Shown here one piece after another: positions 1-13,377 of a DNA stretch of 64,000 nucleotides. A program made the translations under genes and the position numbers. The stretch is taken from NCBI GenBank assembly GCA_965649765.1, contig OZ287749.1:48422001-48486000 (forward strand), written 5' to 3'. The notes under the pieces were generated by a model. That model was given only the letters and a program-made list of their open reading frames with translations, did no database searches and was not told where the DNA came from. Origin of the DNA: Bispira polyomma. Its lineage: Eukaryota. Positions within the stretch are counted from its first letter, which is position 1; every line of letters begins with the position of its first letter.

Positions 1-265
1 TTGTGTTGGCTTTTCGTATTCAGAGTAAATGTTTGATATAGTTGCAAGTGACAAAGATAGCATTTAATATGTTGTCTTTTATTCTGTTTTGTATGAAGTT
101 TAGTATTATATTTAGTAGTAATCATGGTAGTGATAGCAGTTTGTTTTTCATACATCAATATTATTTTGGCTTTATTTCTTAGTTAAGCAATACAAGATGG
201 AAGAATATATGTTGTCATTTTTATTTTAACCTTTTACCTCTCTTATCTCTTCTGAAACATTTGTG

Positions 266-950
266 TTATTGTATCCACTGGAAAACTTTGGTGGATACAT
301 TGAATAACAATTTGTGACGCCACTGCTGCATCAGTGTATGTAGAGATTTTACCATTAATACTGACCTGGGAAAACCCCTGAAATTTACAGGAAATGTTCT
401 TTATTACAAAAGCCTGCTTGGGAGTAATTTTGGCCTCATTTTGAAAAACAAGATAACCGTTACGGGTGTAATAATCAGGCTTTAATTACGTCTGTTTCTC
501 AGCTGTAGAAGGTTAAATCTATTTACGGGTGATATGTTTAACGGATATATATGTCCTGTATAAGAATACAAACATTTGACCTTGAACCTCCTCATTCAAG
601 GTCATCGACAGAGTGCCAAAGTACCCTAAGTGACCCATTTTGGCCAAACCTAAAAGTGCCTATATCTCTCTTAATGTTGATCCTAGAGGTTCAGGATCTG
701 AAACCAACCTGTAGGAAATCATGAGCAGGGAATCTTTTGATGTGATCAAATTTGACCTTGGGCATCTTCTTCAAGGTCAAACAGGGATGGCCAAACTTTA
801 AAGTGCCTATAGCTCCCTTATTTTTGGTCAAACAGGTTTTGGATGTCAAACCAACTTATAGGCAATCATGGGCTGGGAAACTTTTTATGTGCTCAGATTT
901 AGGCCTCTCGTTTATGTTAATTATAATGGGTAGAGATGATTTGGAACCAA
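266..950 (+). mobile_element. Helentron/HINE-like non-autonomous element, 5' part with tandem core repeats
   Basis: TGTATCCAC...GTGGATACA inverted repeat at 270-299; TTTGACCTTG..CAAGGTCAAA units homologous to 35005-36140. Confidence 0.65.
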
Positions 951-1106
951 TCTAAAAGAATCAAGATAGTAACCTTAGACATGAAAAGTTTTATTATTTT
1001 AGCACTTTAAGTACCTACCTATCCTCTTTGCTTCTTTTAGAGCACAAGGCGAGGTAAGTTCATTCCACTTTTTACTGTCTCGTGGCTGGCTACTCTTTCT
1101 AGTAAC

Positions 1107-1320
1107 GGGGCCACGGTGGCCTAAGTTGTTATAAGCGTCTGCTTTAAAATCACTGGCCTTTCACCTCTCATGATCAATTCCACAGATTCCTTCTTCAGGG
1201 GAGACAGTTTGTCAGGTACTTGCCGTAGATTGACTGTTTAAAGTGCATCCGTACTGGTTTCCTCCACCACTAATCCTGGCTGTCGCGATTTGACCAATGC
1301 TGTTGAAAGCGACATGAAAA
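1107..1320 (+). mobile_element. Older related tRNA-SINE with a GGTTTCCTCCACC core (V/Meta-domain-like)
   Basis: GGGGCCACGGTGGCC head, tcacctct, gtttgtcagg...ggtttcctccacc, tail gttgaaagcgac. Confidence 0.7.
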
Positions 1321-1555
1321 GTTGTAATATTATACCCTTCTAAGGTGTGCCAGCAAGAAGAAACAAGTGCCCAATGCAGGCAAACGTGATCTGTTTAAGA
1401 TTTGAAAAAATGAGAGCTACATACAAATTTATGGGAAATATAAAACACAAAATACTCACATTAATAACTGTAAAATGTGTTTAGTTTTGCTCAAGTAAAT
1501 GGAGATCTTATATCAAGAGTGCATACTAAGCTGGCTGCGTTGATGATAAAGATGA

Positions 1556-1834
1556 AGTTTTACGCATCTATCTTCTGAAGTACATAGTTTAATATGAACA
1601 TTGCATTAAATTTATCATGTTCTCTTTTGGCCTGTATTACATTATAAACACAGTTTTACGCATCTATCTTCTGAAGTATATAGTTTAATATGAACATTGC
1701 ATTAAACTTGTGTTTTTTTGGCCTGTATTACATTATAAACACAGTTTTACGCATCTATCTTCTGAAGTACATAGTTTAATATGAACATTGCATTAAACTT
1801 ATGTTTTTTTTGGCCTGTATTACATTATAAACAC
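1556..1834. repeat. Tandem repeat, 3 x ~92-95 bp
   Basis: agttttacgcatctatcttctgaagt...cattataaacac three times. Confidence 0.95.
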
Positions 1835-2225
1835 TACAAACTCAGTTAAATGGAAAATGTGAAGCAAATACATAAAATTGGAAAAATATCAATATATTGC
1901 TGGCCTGCACAAAGTTAAAAGTTTAATGGAATTCCAAACAATATAAGAAACTAATTAATTGACCCTTGTGTGACCTTGAACTAATGTCAAATACAGTGGA
2001 GCCCCTTTAAGTCGCACCTCAAGGAACCAGGAAAGATCTTGTAGTTCAAAAATATTCCAAAAAACACAAGGTGAATGCTAGTGTAAAAACTGCTTCCACA
2101 CATTTACAGAAACATTACTACATGTATATAGGTTTATCAGGAGTTTGGCTTGCTTGGGACTGATTCTGGGCATGTTCTGAAAAACAAGATGGGCACAGTA
2201 GCTGCCACAGCATCCACTAACTCAT

Positions 2226-3223
2226 TTAAAGGGGGGGGTGGACATTTTATTTTAGCTGTTTTCCGTTGTCTGCCATCAGACTTTGTTTCCGCTCATTTTA
2301 AGGAAAGGTATTTTGGCTATCTTTACCAACTGTGGTATGCAGGATTATGGGGTCAGTAGCTTGCTTGGTAGTGCTTTGGTTAACTTAGCTATAAAGTTAA
2401 CCGAGTAACAGCTAATTAGCTATTTTGAGTAGCTATTTCGTTTCCATGCATTTCAAGAAAAAAGAATCAAGATATTCAAACCTAATTTGGTATGGAAGAT
2501 TATTAGGTTAATAGCTTGCTTGGTATTGCTTTTGGGAGTCATAGCTGTATAGGGTAAGAGGGTAAGTAATACCCACTTAGCTACTTAATAAGCTATTTGG
2601 AGTAATTCATAGTTTTCTGCTCACTTGAAGGAAAAGGGTGGAGATATCTTCGCCAAATTTGGTATGGAGTATTATAGGGTCCATAGTTTGCTTAGTATAG
2701 CTTTGGGGTGTTAAAGCTTTATTGCTATGCTCTTAATAGCTAATTAACTATATTGAATTAATAACATCACTTTTTCGTCACACTTTGTTCCGCTCATTTT
2801 AAGGAAAAATATTCTGGCTATCTTTTTCAAATTTCCAATGCAGGATTATTGGTTCAATAACATGCTTGGTATTTTGGCAGTCATAGCTCTATAGTTAGTA
2901 ATAGCCAGTAATAGCCACTTAGCTACCTAATAAGCTACTTTCGGTTGCACTTCATTTTGTGATCACCTAAAGGAAAAGTGCAGGAGATATCTTAACCAAA
3001 TTTAGGGTCCATAGCTTGCTTTGTATTGATTTTGGGTGCTATGGCTCCATAGCTATGATATTAATAGCTAATTAGTTATTTTGAGTAATATCTCCTCATT
3101 TTATAACCATTCAAGTTATTGTAAAATAAAGGTCACAGGCTCAGCTACTTTCTCCCAAGCTACAATGCGTTTACTGTTATACAAATCTATCGCTGTAGAT
3201 GTGCGAGTTGTAGCTATTTTTAG
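2226..3223 (+). mobile_element. Helentron-like element with five ~155-175-bp internal repeats
   Basis: Units start ~2286, 2441, 2613, 2788, 2956; terminal AGCTACA...TGTAGCT then TTTAGT. Confidence 0.6.
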
Positions 3224-3700
3224 TTCAATTAGCGATTAGCATGAGTAATTTCGAAAATATCACACAAACCGTTACAGATAGAGCGATTTTGAGTAAATGT
3301 TTGGCCCTTTGGGTATAAGAGACCTTACATATAGTGCGTCTGAGCAAACAAAACAAAGTCTTTAAAGACTACTGTACAATTGTTGACAAAGCATTCATAG
3401 GGTGGACATTACACATGATAATGTGTTTTTTTCTATGCTTTCTTCTATGCTATCCTGTTTCTTTTCATATTTTTCAGCTACTCTAAACAGGGCATTCTAT
3501 TTCTAGTTTGTTTTTTGTTCTGTCTGAATGGGGTGGTCATTCACACCTGATAATGTGTACATTTTCAAAGCAGAAATCTGCCCCGTTTCTAACAGTCTGC
3601 CCAAAGTTGCTGCAATTTGTAGTTTGACCCAGGAGGTGTGGTCTTGACCTTAAAATATGATGTTGATTAGATTTCAGGAACTGCTTATCACTGCTAATTC

Positions 3701-3944
3701 GGGGGCCGTGGTGGCCTAGTGGTTAGCAAGCATTGCACTTCACAATCACTGGTCTCTCACCTCTGGGTGAGTTCGACTCCCGTCGATGCCTCTGTCTGAA
3801 AGGTCGTAGTTTCTTACTGTGGGCCGCTGGTTTCAGTACAGAACCTTGATCAACTATATACAGTGTTTCCTCCAGCGTTTCTAACTACCCATCCCAATAT
3901 AACCTAAACAGGTACTAGAGTAGACGTTAAATATTCCAATTCAA
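3701..3944 (+). mobile_element. tRNA-derived SINE family A
   Basis: Box A TGGCCTAGTGG, box B GTTCGACTCC; imperfect 14-bp TSD atcactgctaattc/atcactggcaattc. Confidence 0.9.
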
Positions 3945-5609
3945 ATCACTGGCAATTCATAATTACTGTAGTGGTTGGGAAGTCGGTCTTGTGATCAGAA
4001 AGTTCTCAAGAGTTAGTCTGGTCATCAAAAGGTCTCTGGTTCGACTTCTGGTAATTATAGAATCTGCTTTAAAAGATGCCCGACACCAAACTATACATTA
4101 CAATAAATATTCATCAGCGGTTGTAAAGGCTCAATATCATGGTCTGTTGTAATTTTGAACTTTGCTGGTCAGTTATAACCTTGACCTTGAAAATCTTGTC
4201 GGAGTAAGTTATTATTTATTACAGATAATCATTTGATAATGCGTAGATTTAAAACATCTTGGTCTGACCTTGGACCCCATATAAATCTGCATCTCAAGTA
4301 ATACTTTTTAAAATGGGACACAAAAAATATTAATTATTAAAAATAGTAATTGATTTTTTTGACCAGTTTGACTTTAAACTTTGTTTGAGCCCTATAGAGA
4401 TATCTTAAAAAGTTAATAGCACTCTTAGGAAGAATTTTGAAAATTACCTTTGTGTGTCCTTGATACAGATATGCATGGTATTGAACCTTAGTAACTTTCT
4501 GACCAGTGCATTAGATTCTCTGATCCTAATTTCCTGTAAGCTCATAATATATTCCAAGTCTCAATCCCAATAGTTAAGGACATATTTGATATTTTATGAA
4601 TCCTGCACTCACAGTGGAGTTAATGGGAAAGCCCTGTATACTAACAGTTGAGATAAAGAGGAAATCCCAGAAGCCTGAGTGTTTAAGGCGCTAATATACA
4701 CGGATATTACACAATGTAACAAAATAAAAGCCATGGGTTTATGAGAAGCAGCTTATATTTTTACAGTAATCTGTACACACAAACATGGTACAACAATCGC
4801 TGACATACAAGCGAATCAAGCATCACAATTATTGTTTTTCTTTTTACAAGACACTATAATAGCCTCAGTTGGAAGCAATGAACTTTGGCAGGAAATTTAT
4901 GCAACCTCAATAAAAGATGTAACTAATTTTGTAATTATTGATTAAATTAGTAACTCATATTTAAAAGCTCAATGATGGACTGTGGTTAGTTGGTCTAAAC
5001 ACATTTCAAAACATGAATAAAATGAGTTAAATGAAAGAGATTCGAATAAATATTACAAAAAGTACATTTTTCCGTGAAATCACAAAACCAGTACTATTTT
5101 TACCGACATATTATCTGGATTCTCCTTCACCAGACAGATCATAATCCAATCATGTTCTTTTATAACACTACATGTACACCGAATAAATGACTGTAATTTT
5201 CACTTTCAGTTCCGTTATTTTGGAAAATGCCACAGAAATACATCTCTACAGTAAATGTAAAAACAAAATCACCATTAAATATATAAAAAAAAAAACCTTC
5301 AATTGCTTAAAAGTGTTTTAGTGAATAGTTTCGTCAATTGAATTTGTTCTGCTGTAAAAAATTAAGAAACTCAGAGAGTTCTTCATGATACAAACAAACT
5401 GTTACTCTTTATTGTCTCTCCTGATTACAGTTCACATTTACTTCTTACACTTTATGAGTAAGTAGAGCGAGGAAGTTTTTATTTCCCTCTCAATTGAAAT
5501 TTGCCACATTATGAAAGTATATGAAACAGTGACAATGGAAACTTTTTACTAAAATCTGTTTAAATAAAGTTTATACGGTAACATACACAGGAATTTATAA
5601 AGTAAAACA

Positions 5610-5796
5610 CAGTAGAACCTCTACTATCGGAACTTCTCTTATCCGTCTTTTTGATTTCATGAACTAATTTTTGCTTTCCCACATTTAAAGTTTTCCTGGT
5701 GTATTATACAGAAATGTCTCTTCTATTTTATGAACATTCTATTATCCAAACAAAGTCTAGCTCTCCCTATATTTTCAGATAATCAAGGTTCTACTG
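5610..5796. mobile_element. Tc1/pogo-type MITE
   Basis: TIR CAGTAGAACCT / AGGTTCTACTG followed by TA. Confidence 0.75.
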
Positions 5797-7617
5797 TATA
5801 TAGAGATAAACGACACATTAACGGTGTGGCTAAATTCCAAAAGGTGGTCGATTTTATATTCCTTACCAAATAAAGTAACAAATAAGCACAAGCAAACTAG
5901 ATAATTCATTTCTATTTTTGAAAAAGTAACCAATCATAATCACAGTACAATCATTTAAATGTCAAATTGAAGAAAAACAGCGGAAACATATGGTGTTTAC
6001 AACATTCTAAAGATAAGCAAAACAAAAGAAACAAACAAACACTATCATAGCACTTGTAAGAATTTTCAACTTTTTTTGTTAAAATTCTCAACAAAAGGAA
6101 AACTACACTGCATAGATAATACTCAAAAGTAATTCATTAACAACAAATAACAAAAAAATAACAAAGTGGATGTTAACACAAAGTAGATAATGGTGAAACC
6201 TGCTCACTACTTTCTCCTTTTTTACTATCAGAACAAATTAATCTACATTTTTCAACACTTTCAGTTTCATCAATAGATGAATTATCTATTATATCAGAAA
6301 TTTAAAGAATGCAAGATAGCTGCAAAAACTAGATACCACAAAATTATTGTAGAGTTCAGATCGACAATGAAGTCATTTCAAGTATCCTTACTTAAAATCA
6401 ACCTGGATTGGTTCACACAATATGGTGTGAAATACACCGACATCTTACCAAACATAAAGAAGTTTCAAATGTGCATCTAAACAATTAATTTACCATTTGT
6501 ACATCAGTTTGTAATTGACATATTACTGGCTTGAGGAGTTACGTTCTGTACATTATTTCTCGCCACCTACAAATATACTTGACCTTTTCTCCAATGTCAC
6601 AAAGTGGCAGACTTTTAGAATACCCAATCACATTGCCAATGCAATGTGACCAACAAAATGAAAATCTGACCACAAAGGTAAACATTTGTCATACCTTCGT
6701 AAAATAAATTCTAAAAATGTCTTTATCCAAACACTGAATATTTTCTACAACATGCAAAAATATATATCGACAAACTAAGTAATAACATGGGTGAAAATCA
6801 ATGGACTATTTCAAATGTAAAATTGTGACATCAACAAAGCTTTAAGATTTTATTGGTAGCATGATTTAGGATGTGTGGAAAATTTGACTTCCTTTATGAT
6901 ACAAAGAAACATGCTTTAACGATATTTCCCGGACAATTTAGTGGAACATATTCAGTTAAAAAGCACTGCTGTTTCCCTTGGTAATAGAGGAGTATGCTAA
7001 TATTCAAAAACACAGCTGTTGTATACATAATGCAAAATGTTTCATTTCGTCACCCAGAATAATATGTAGACAGATGTTATTTAAGATAAATCACAAATAT
7101 TTCTGATTTTCCTCTTTATCTAAGAGTAAACATGAATATAACAAAAGTCTTCATGAACTATTTAGCTACTTGTATTTAGATAACAGATACAGACACATGT
7201 TTAATTAAGTAATATTCCCACTGTGTGCATTCAACTGTTGAAGACACTGGAATACACTCAACTAACTAAAAGGACATTACCACATTAGAATGTAGACACT
7301 TTTAAGAAAATTACATGTAACACTAACTCAAGATTAAAGACTACTAGCTAGTATCTGAAGAATATTACACCTATTTACAGTACAATGTATTTATAGATAT
7401 ACCAAAGTGTCAGTTGATTATCTCAATGGTATAACTACCACAAAAACAATATGTATTGTTAAAACAGATACAATTGCGGACATTGCTACTATGACATCTA
7501 TTGAAGTATGCCACTAAACTATGAACATTATTTCCTGATGAACAACTACATAGAAACAGTCTTTGCAACAATTTTTGTCTATACCATTGCTGCAGTGTCA
7601 GTTAAGAAAACCCTTCT

Positions 7618-7989
7618 TCAATTGCTACTTTGTTCATTTGTCACTGAATCATCAAAGCTTTCGCTTTCGGTCACCAGGGCGCGCTCTAGTATGACCCTCC
7701 CTTCTTTATACCGCTGGTTCTCCTCAGTGGCATACTCATAGATCCAGCCCAATTTGGCATCACAATTCTTACAGGACACATCCCTCACCATGTGCCTCCC
7801 TGTCAACATAACTCTATCCTGTACTTCACTGTAGTTTAGATTCACCACTCGGTTGAACAGGAAAGCTCGCCCTGTGGCACCTGTAAACCTCGTCGAAATC
7901 AGCTCTGAGCGATTAGTCATTGGAGTATCACAGCTTGCACAGGAAAACAAGCGTGATCCTCCCAAATGATTCAAGAAGATGCGGCCCAT
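7618..7989 (-). CDS. YPEL5: Protein yippee-like 5 (123 aa, single coding exon; splice acceptor tttgtag at 8000-8001 ten nt upstream of ATG)
   Basis: [22 protein letters not shown]...[11 protein letters not shown]...[38 protein letters not shown]; two CxxC Zn pairs; near-identical to vertebrate YPEL5 as recalled. Confidence 0.97.
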   Translation of the reverse strand: MGRIFLNHLGGSRLFSCASCDTPMTNRSELISTRFTGATGRAFLFNRVVNLNYSEVQDRVMLTGRHMVRDVSCKNCDAKLGWIYEYATEENQRYKEGRVILERALVTESESFDDSVTNEQSSN

Positions 7990-8857
7990 TGTAGTAGGAC
8001 TACAAAGGAAAAAAAATTAAGTCACACATAAAAATAAATTCTTGTTACATTTAGTCTGTACCTATATGTAACCATTAAATTATTTAACCAGAAACAATGA
8101 GTTGATGACTTTGCTCAACTTTAAACCTTTTTTTTAGTACTTTCATATTTTTATTTTTCAAACCAATTTTATTATTATATAAAATCATATTTCACTTATG
8201 AGCAAAAAAAGCCTCCTGGACTGAAGCTTTTGTGTATAAGATACAAGATCTAAGGCTTAGCTTTTGAGGAAACTTATAGTGTCAAACTTGAAACCAAAGG
8301 CTTGTTGTGGGTTGCATGAAACCAAAGATACAGGAAATCACCAAAATCCCAGTCTCTGATAAATAAACACTTAGTGAAACTTTACAATAGACTCAAATTT
8401 AATGCAGACACGTTGTAGTTCTTTATTTTCAGAAAATTTTGGCTCATTTTATATAGTCAGAGTCGGGAGTATACCCTAATTTATAACATCTTGTGTTACT
8501 TTGTTTTACCCAATAAATTCACAAAATTCCCCATTGAATTATAATAACGGACAGGTCTTATCCTTTAACTTTAAATTATTTACTTATAATTGTAATATTT
8601 GCTAATAATAACATATAGTTATAATAGAATCTCTAAAATTTTCTGCTGTCAGGTTATTTGCTGAATGTACAAACATACTCAACAAACTGTTACTTAAAAT
8701 TAGTTTACAGCTCAACTCGCACCTAAAGTATATTTTTTTAGAAATTTAAAGTAAAACTGCATGTATATTATTAAAGTATTATAACATATTTTACCACATT
8801 TCTAATATATATACGACACAATATATATTGCCAGGTTTATCAGAAAATGAATCTATT

Positions 8858-9665
8858 AATTGTAATTGTAATTAGACTTTTATCGCGCTTAATCTCCCCT
8901 TAACAAAGGGGACTCTAAGGCGCACCAGCACAAAAAAGGGTCAGCACCACAGAGCACGCTGGGGGATGATTGAGACTAAGGTAGGTATGCTTTAGTGTAC
9001 AAGTGGGTTTTAAGCTGCTTTCTAAAACAGGCTAGTGAGGGGGAAGCATGAATCACATCAGGAAGAGCATTCGAAACAATAGGAGCATCAAATGCAAAGC
9101 TGTGACCAAACTGTTTAACCGACTTTCGAGTAGATGGGTGGAACTTCGGAACAACAAGGAAATTACTACCACTCTGACTACGTCTGGTATTGTAGGAACT
9201 ACTGTAAGAAAGATATGGGGCAAAATACCTTGGAAACCCAGTGTGAAAAAACTTATAAACAAGTGTAGCTGTCTTAAACACTGTTCAACAGGGAGCCAAT
9301 GCAATTTCTTAAGAACAGGAGTTATACTGGTGTATCGACTGGTGTTTGACACAATTCTAGCTGCACTATTTTAAATGCATTGTAATTTACGTAAATTAAA
9401 CTTTGAGAGACTCCTGAAAAGCGAATTGCAGTAATCCAGTCTACTACTGACAAAAGCATTGGCCACAAGTATAGAAGCATCATAAGTAAGAAACCGCCTG
9501 ACACGTCTAAAGTCCCGGAGTTGCACAAAACAGCTTTTGCAGACACTCTGAACGTGTTTAGAGAAAGAAAAGTCTGAGTTAAACCATACACCCAGGTTCT
9601 TGACAGAATCAGCTGGGCTGAAAGGGCTACCCAGGATGTCAACTGGAAATAATGCTTTTCAATTA
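8858..9665 (-). mobile_element. L2/CR1-group LINE 3' fragment
   Basis: ITPVLKKLHWLP, FKTATLVYK, FRKQLKTHLY; 3' hairpin TCCCCTT..AAGGGGA and (TTACAA)n tail. Confidence 0.9.
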
Positions 9666-10660
9666 ATGTTGTTTGAAATACTTTTTATGGTACTAAGAAT
9701 GTGTGCATTAATTATAGGCTAATATTTCGTACCATGTCTTTTCAATATTAATTTCCCTCGCTAAATTTTTTAAAAATGCAACAGACGCTATTAGGACCCG
9801 ACCGGTTTTATGACCGCCAATATAGTAGTGAATTAACGGATTATAAGTAGATATTGATTCTGTAGATTATTTCAAATAAATTGCTTAATCCGAATACTTA
9901 ATTAGCGTACCACTTAATTACGACCACTAAAGACGCAAATAACTACTAATCACACTGACACTTTTTGTAGGTAAATCCTTGCTTATATCAGTGCGTACTG
10001 TAGGTTTTCTGTCATGTGTCAGGATATGTCAAAACAGATGACGTCGAACAAAAGATTTTCTTATCGTTAATTAGTCATATATATATAATTTGTTCTGCGA
10101 GGTAAATTCTACTTCTTATAGAAATAGGCACACAACAAACTCTGTTATATCAATTACTTAGTTCGTCTCTATGATACCGGTAAACGTTAATTACCCAAAC
10201 AAACCTTTATATAGCAAAACCTCTTGCAATGATATATGTCTTTATTTGTTTACATCTAGGATATCCGACAAATTATGACGTCATCAAATCACGAAGACAC
10301 TTCCTAGATTTACATGATAATCTAACGACTAAATTAGTTAAAAGGTACGATGGATAAAAAAATGGTGTAGTGGTCCTGATAATAATGGCCTGACCAAAGA
10401 AGATTATCTAGTAGGAACACTAGTAAAAAGTACATTATTTAAAAGCTTGTTGTGTAAATTACATTCAACATTAGACTGATATTATTAAAATATGCTAAGC
10501 TAGGACAATAAAACTGAAATATAACGAAGTAACCTCTATTAATTATCAATAACATATTATTCTATATGCGAGTGTAACATTTTTTATAGAAATACACAAA
10601 GTAGCACATTGAGCATCACATGTAAATGTTTTGCTGTTGTTTGCAATAGTTAATTTGATC

Positions 10661-10890
10661 TCCCGTGGCCTAGTGGTTAGGAAGTTGTTCTAGTTATTAA
10701 AAGGTCCAATGTTTGACTCTTGGAAAGTTTGTATGGTGCTTAGAAGGTCACCAATTTGATAACTGCTAAGATCGCTAGGGGTGATAGCAGTACTTGCAAT
10801 AACATCCTTAGGCAAGATGTAAACATACGATTGCCTACTTATGACAACTAAGGCTATGTTGAAGGAAGGACACATGATTGGTTGATTGAT
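10661..10890 (+). mobile_element. tRNA-SINE family B (CORE-like central aacatccttaggcaagatgt)
   Basis: GTGGCCTAGTGGTTAGG head; core shared with the 37143 copy. Confidence 0.6.
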
Positions 10891-11035
10891 TTGGTTGTTG
10901 CACCTAAGAAGATGACTTGCATAAATAAAGCGCAATAATTAAAATATATAATACAATACAATAGTATATGTTTGTAAGAGTTGTACAATATCAGTGTAAT
11001 AAGTGTTTCAATATATGCCATTTTCTGTATTTACT

Positions 11036-11760
11036 TGATCTAATCTAATCTACTGCTTTGCAGACGCAATATCTTCTCCACAAAGAGAACTAAGCCAAAC
11101 GAAAAAAGAAAATAATCCAAAATCATAGTTTAGCAACGTAACAGATCGATAATCCAGGGTTCTGGGTGTGATGGAGGGAAGTGCTAGGTAGGGAAGGCAG
11201 ATTTGAAGAGGTGATTCTTAGGGTGCTTCCTAAAAGATGTTACTGACAGACTAGTTCTTATATGAAGGGGGAGAGAGTTTCAGAAAGTAGCTGCATAGTG
11301 GCTAAAGGATTTGGTGAAATATTTGTTGAATTTGTGTATTCTAGAGTCAAAAGAAAGTACTTGAAGGAACTTTTATTTTATGCAGCTATGTCTTGTGTTT
11401 CTAGAAGAGGTATAAAGATGAAGTATTTCCTTAAGGTATACTGGTTGGACATATTTTAGGACCTTATATGTAATCAACCCAATTTTAAACTGCAACCTGT
11501 GTTTAACTGGTAGACTATGGAGTTTTTCCAGTTCTGGTATTACGTGAGAAAACTTAAAGATCGAATCACTACCTGGCATAGTAAGTTTTGGACCCACTGT
11601 AGCCTCCTAACATCAAATTCTGTGAGTGAGGCAAACAGGGAATTGTAGTAGTTGAGTGGGCTGCTTACAAGAACATTTGCAAAGAGGACTGCTATGTTGA
11701 AACCGAGCAAGTGGCGAATCCTTTACAGATCTCTAATGTGTAAGTTGTTTATGACAGTCT
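11036..11760 (-). mobile_element. L2/CR1-group LINE 3' fragment
   Basis: LEKLHSLPVKHRLQFKIGLITYK; (TTAGA)n tail at ~11036-11052. Confidence 0.85.
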
Positions 11761-12955
11761 TTTTGAACCGATTAAAATGAATGTCATTTGGAGAACTTTT
11801 GTGAGAACTTTCATTGACTGAGTACCATTTGTTGGTGCCTGATGCCCCTGTGAAACTGAATAATAAAACTGAGTGGATTTGTGTGCAAAGAAAAAAAAGT
11901 GGGCCAAATGTAATATGTCACTCTTACACTTTTTCCTTGATATTTGTATTAAATTTTATTGAATTTTATTCAATTATTACGTTATTTATGCTTTCTTTTC
12001 AAAAATTGTGTTTATATTATATTATAAATTATAAATATATTTATTATAATTTTTAAATAATTCTACACTAAGAGCTCACATGCATGTATATGGTTTATAA
12101 ATCACACAAATATTATAAATGCATACAATTGAATTTTAGAAATTTACCTGTGTACTTTAAGCCTGCAAATCTTTTGTAAGGAAATTTTAAAGTATTCAAA
12201 TATGTAGGACAGTTTTAAATACATTTGTGATATGTATTTGTAAAATCATCAAGAACAACACACTTTGTGTGCAAAATACAAAAATCATAGAATAATAGAA
12301 AAAAAATAATACACATTTAATTGACAGCATTTGACAAAATTAGAGTCGTACCATAATTGATATGATAAAATTTAAGGTGAAACAATCAAATTAAATATCT
12401 TCTTTGCAGAAATACTATACCCAAACATATTGTTATCCCTTATTTAAACTACCAAGGGGCGATGTTACTTTTGATGTGTCACTTTACTATTTAAAACTTC
12501 TTGTCAATATGCATTAATATTTTGATCAGTTTCATCACTCCTTAACGAAGTTTGATCAAATGTTAAATCTGCGGACCTGGTTAAGTCCATAGTTAATGTG
12601 TATCTCGGAAGTGAAGCATGTGTATGTGAGCGATAATAAAGTAATTTTACGCAAATTAGGCAATCTGTCAATGCAGAGAAGTACAAGCTTCCATATAAGG
12701 ATATTTAGCTCTCTCTGACCTTTGACACAGCAAGTTCCGTAAACAATGTGTTACTATTTTGAAAGTGGTGAAAATTTAATCAAATATTACCTTATATGTG
12801 TCATACATTAGCTCAAATTTGCATCAGCTATTAACAGACTTTTCTTTTGTTAGTCTACTTAAGATTGGGTATGAGTTGTGGATATGAGATGATGGTTGTG
12901 ATTTTCTGTGGTTGCGAGTTCTATGTGTTGCAGAACATTTGCATCTCTTACCAGT

Positions 12956-13210
12956 GGGTCGCGGTGGCCTAGTGGTTAGCAAGTATTGCGCATCACAATC
13001 ACTGGTCTCTCACCTCTGGGCGGCATGAGTTCGAATCCTGTCGATGCCTATGTGGGAAAGGTGGTAGTTCTTTACTGTGGGCCGCTGGTTTCTCTGCAGA
13101 ACCTTGACCGACTGTATGCAGTGTTTCCTCCAGCGTTTCCAACTACCCGTCCCAATATAACCTACTAAAAGGTATTAGAGTGGACGTTAAATATCCAAAT
13201 TCAAATTCGG
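12956..13210 (+). mobile_element. tRNA-derived SINE family A
   Basis: Box A, box B GTTCGAATCC at 13029-13038, TSD ttaccagt, (AAATTC)n tail. Confidence 0.92.
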
Positions 13211-13377
13211 TTACCAGTTGCAAAATTATTTGTAGGAATACCCCACATATACCATACTGCCTGTTTTGCTGACCAAGTTCTTTAGTATTTGGCTACTAAA
13301 TCTATTTAAGTCCACCATTTTTCGGACCAACCAAGTTTACTGTCATCTTTCCAAGCTGCAGAGAGTAGTATAATCAC

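Noticed and set aside
12956-13040. Functional tRNA gene
   Set aside because: A/B boxes present but no cloverleaf; continues into a repeated body with TSDs, so it is a SINE
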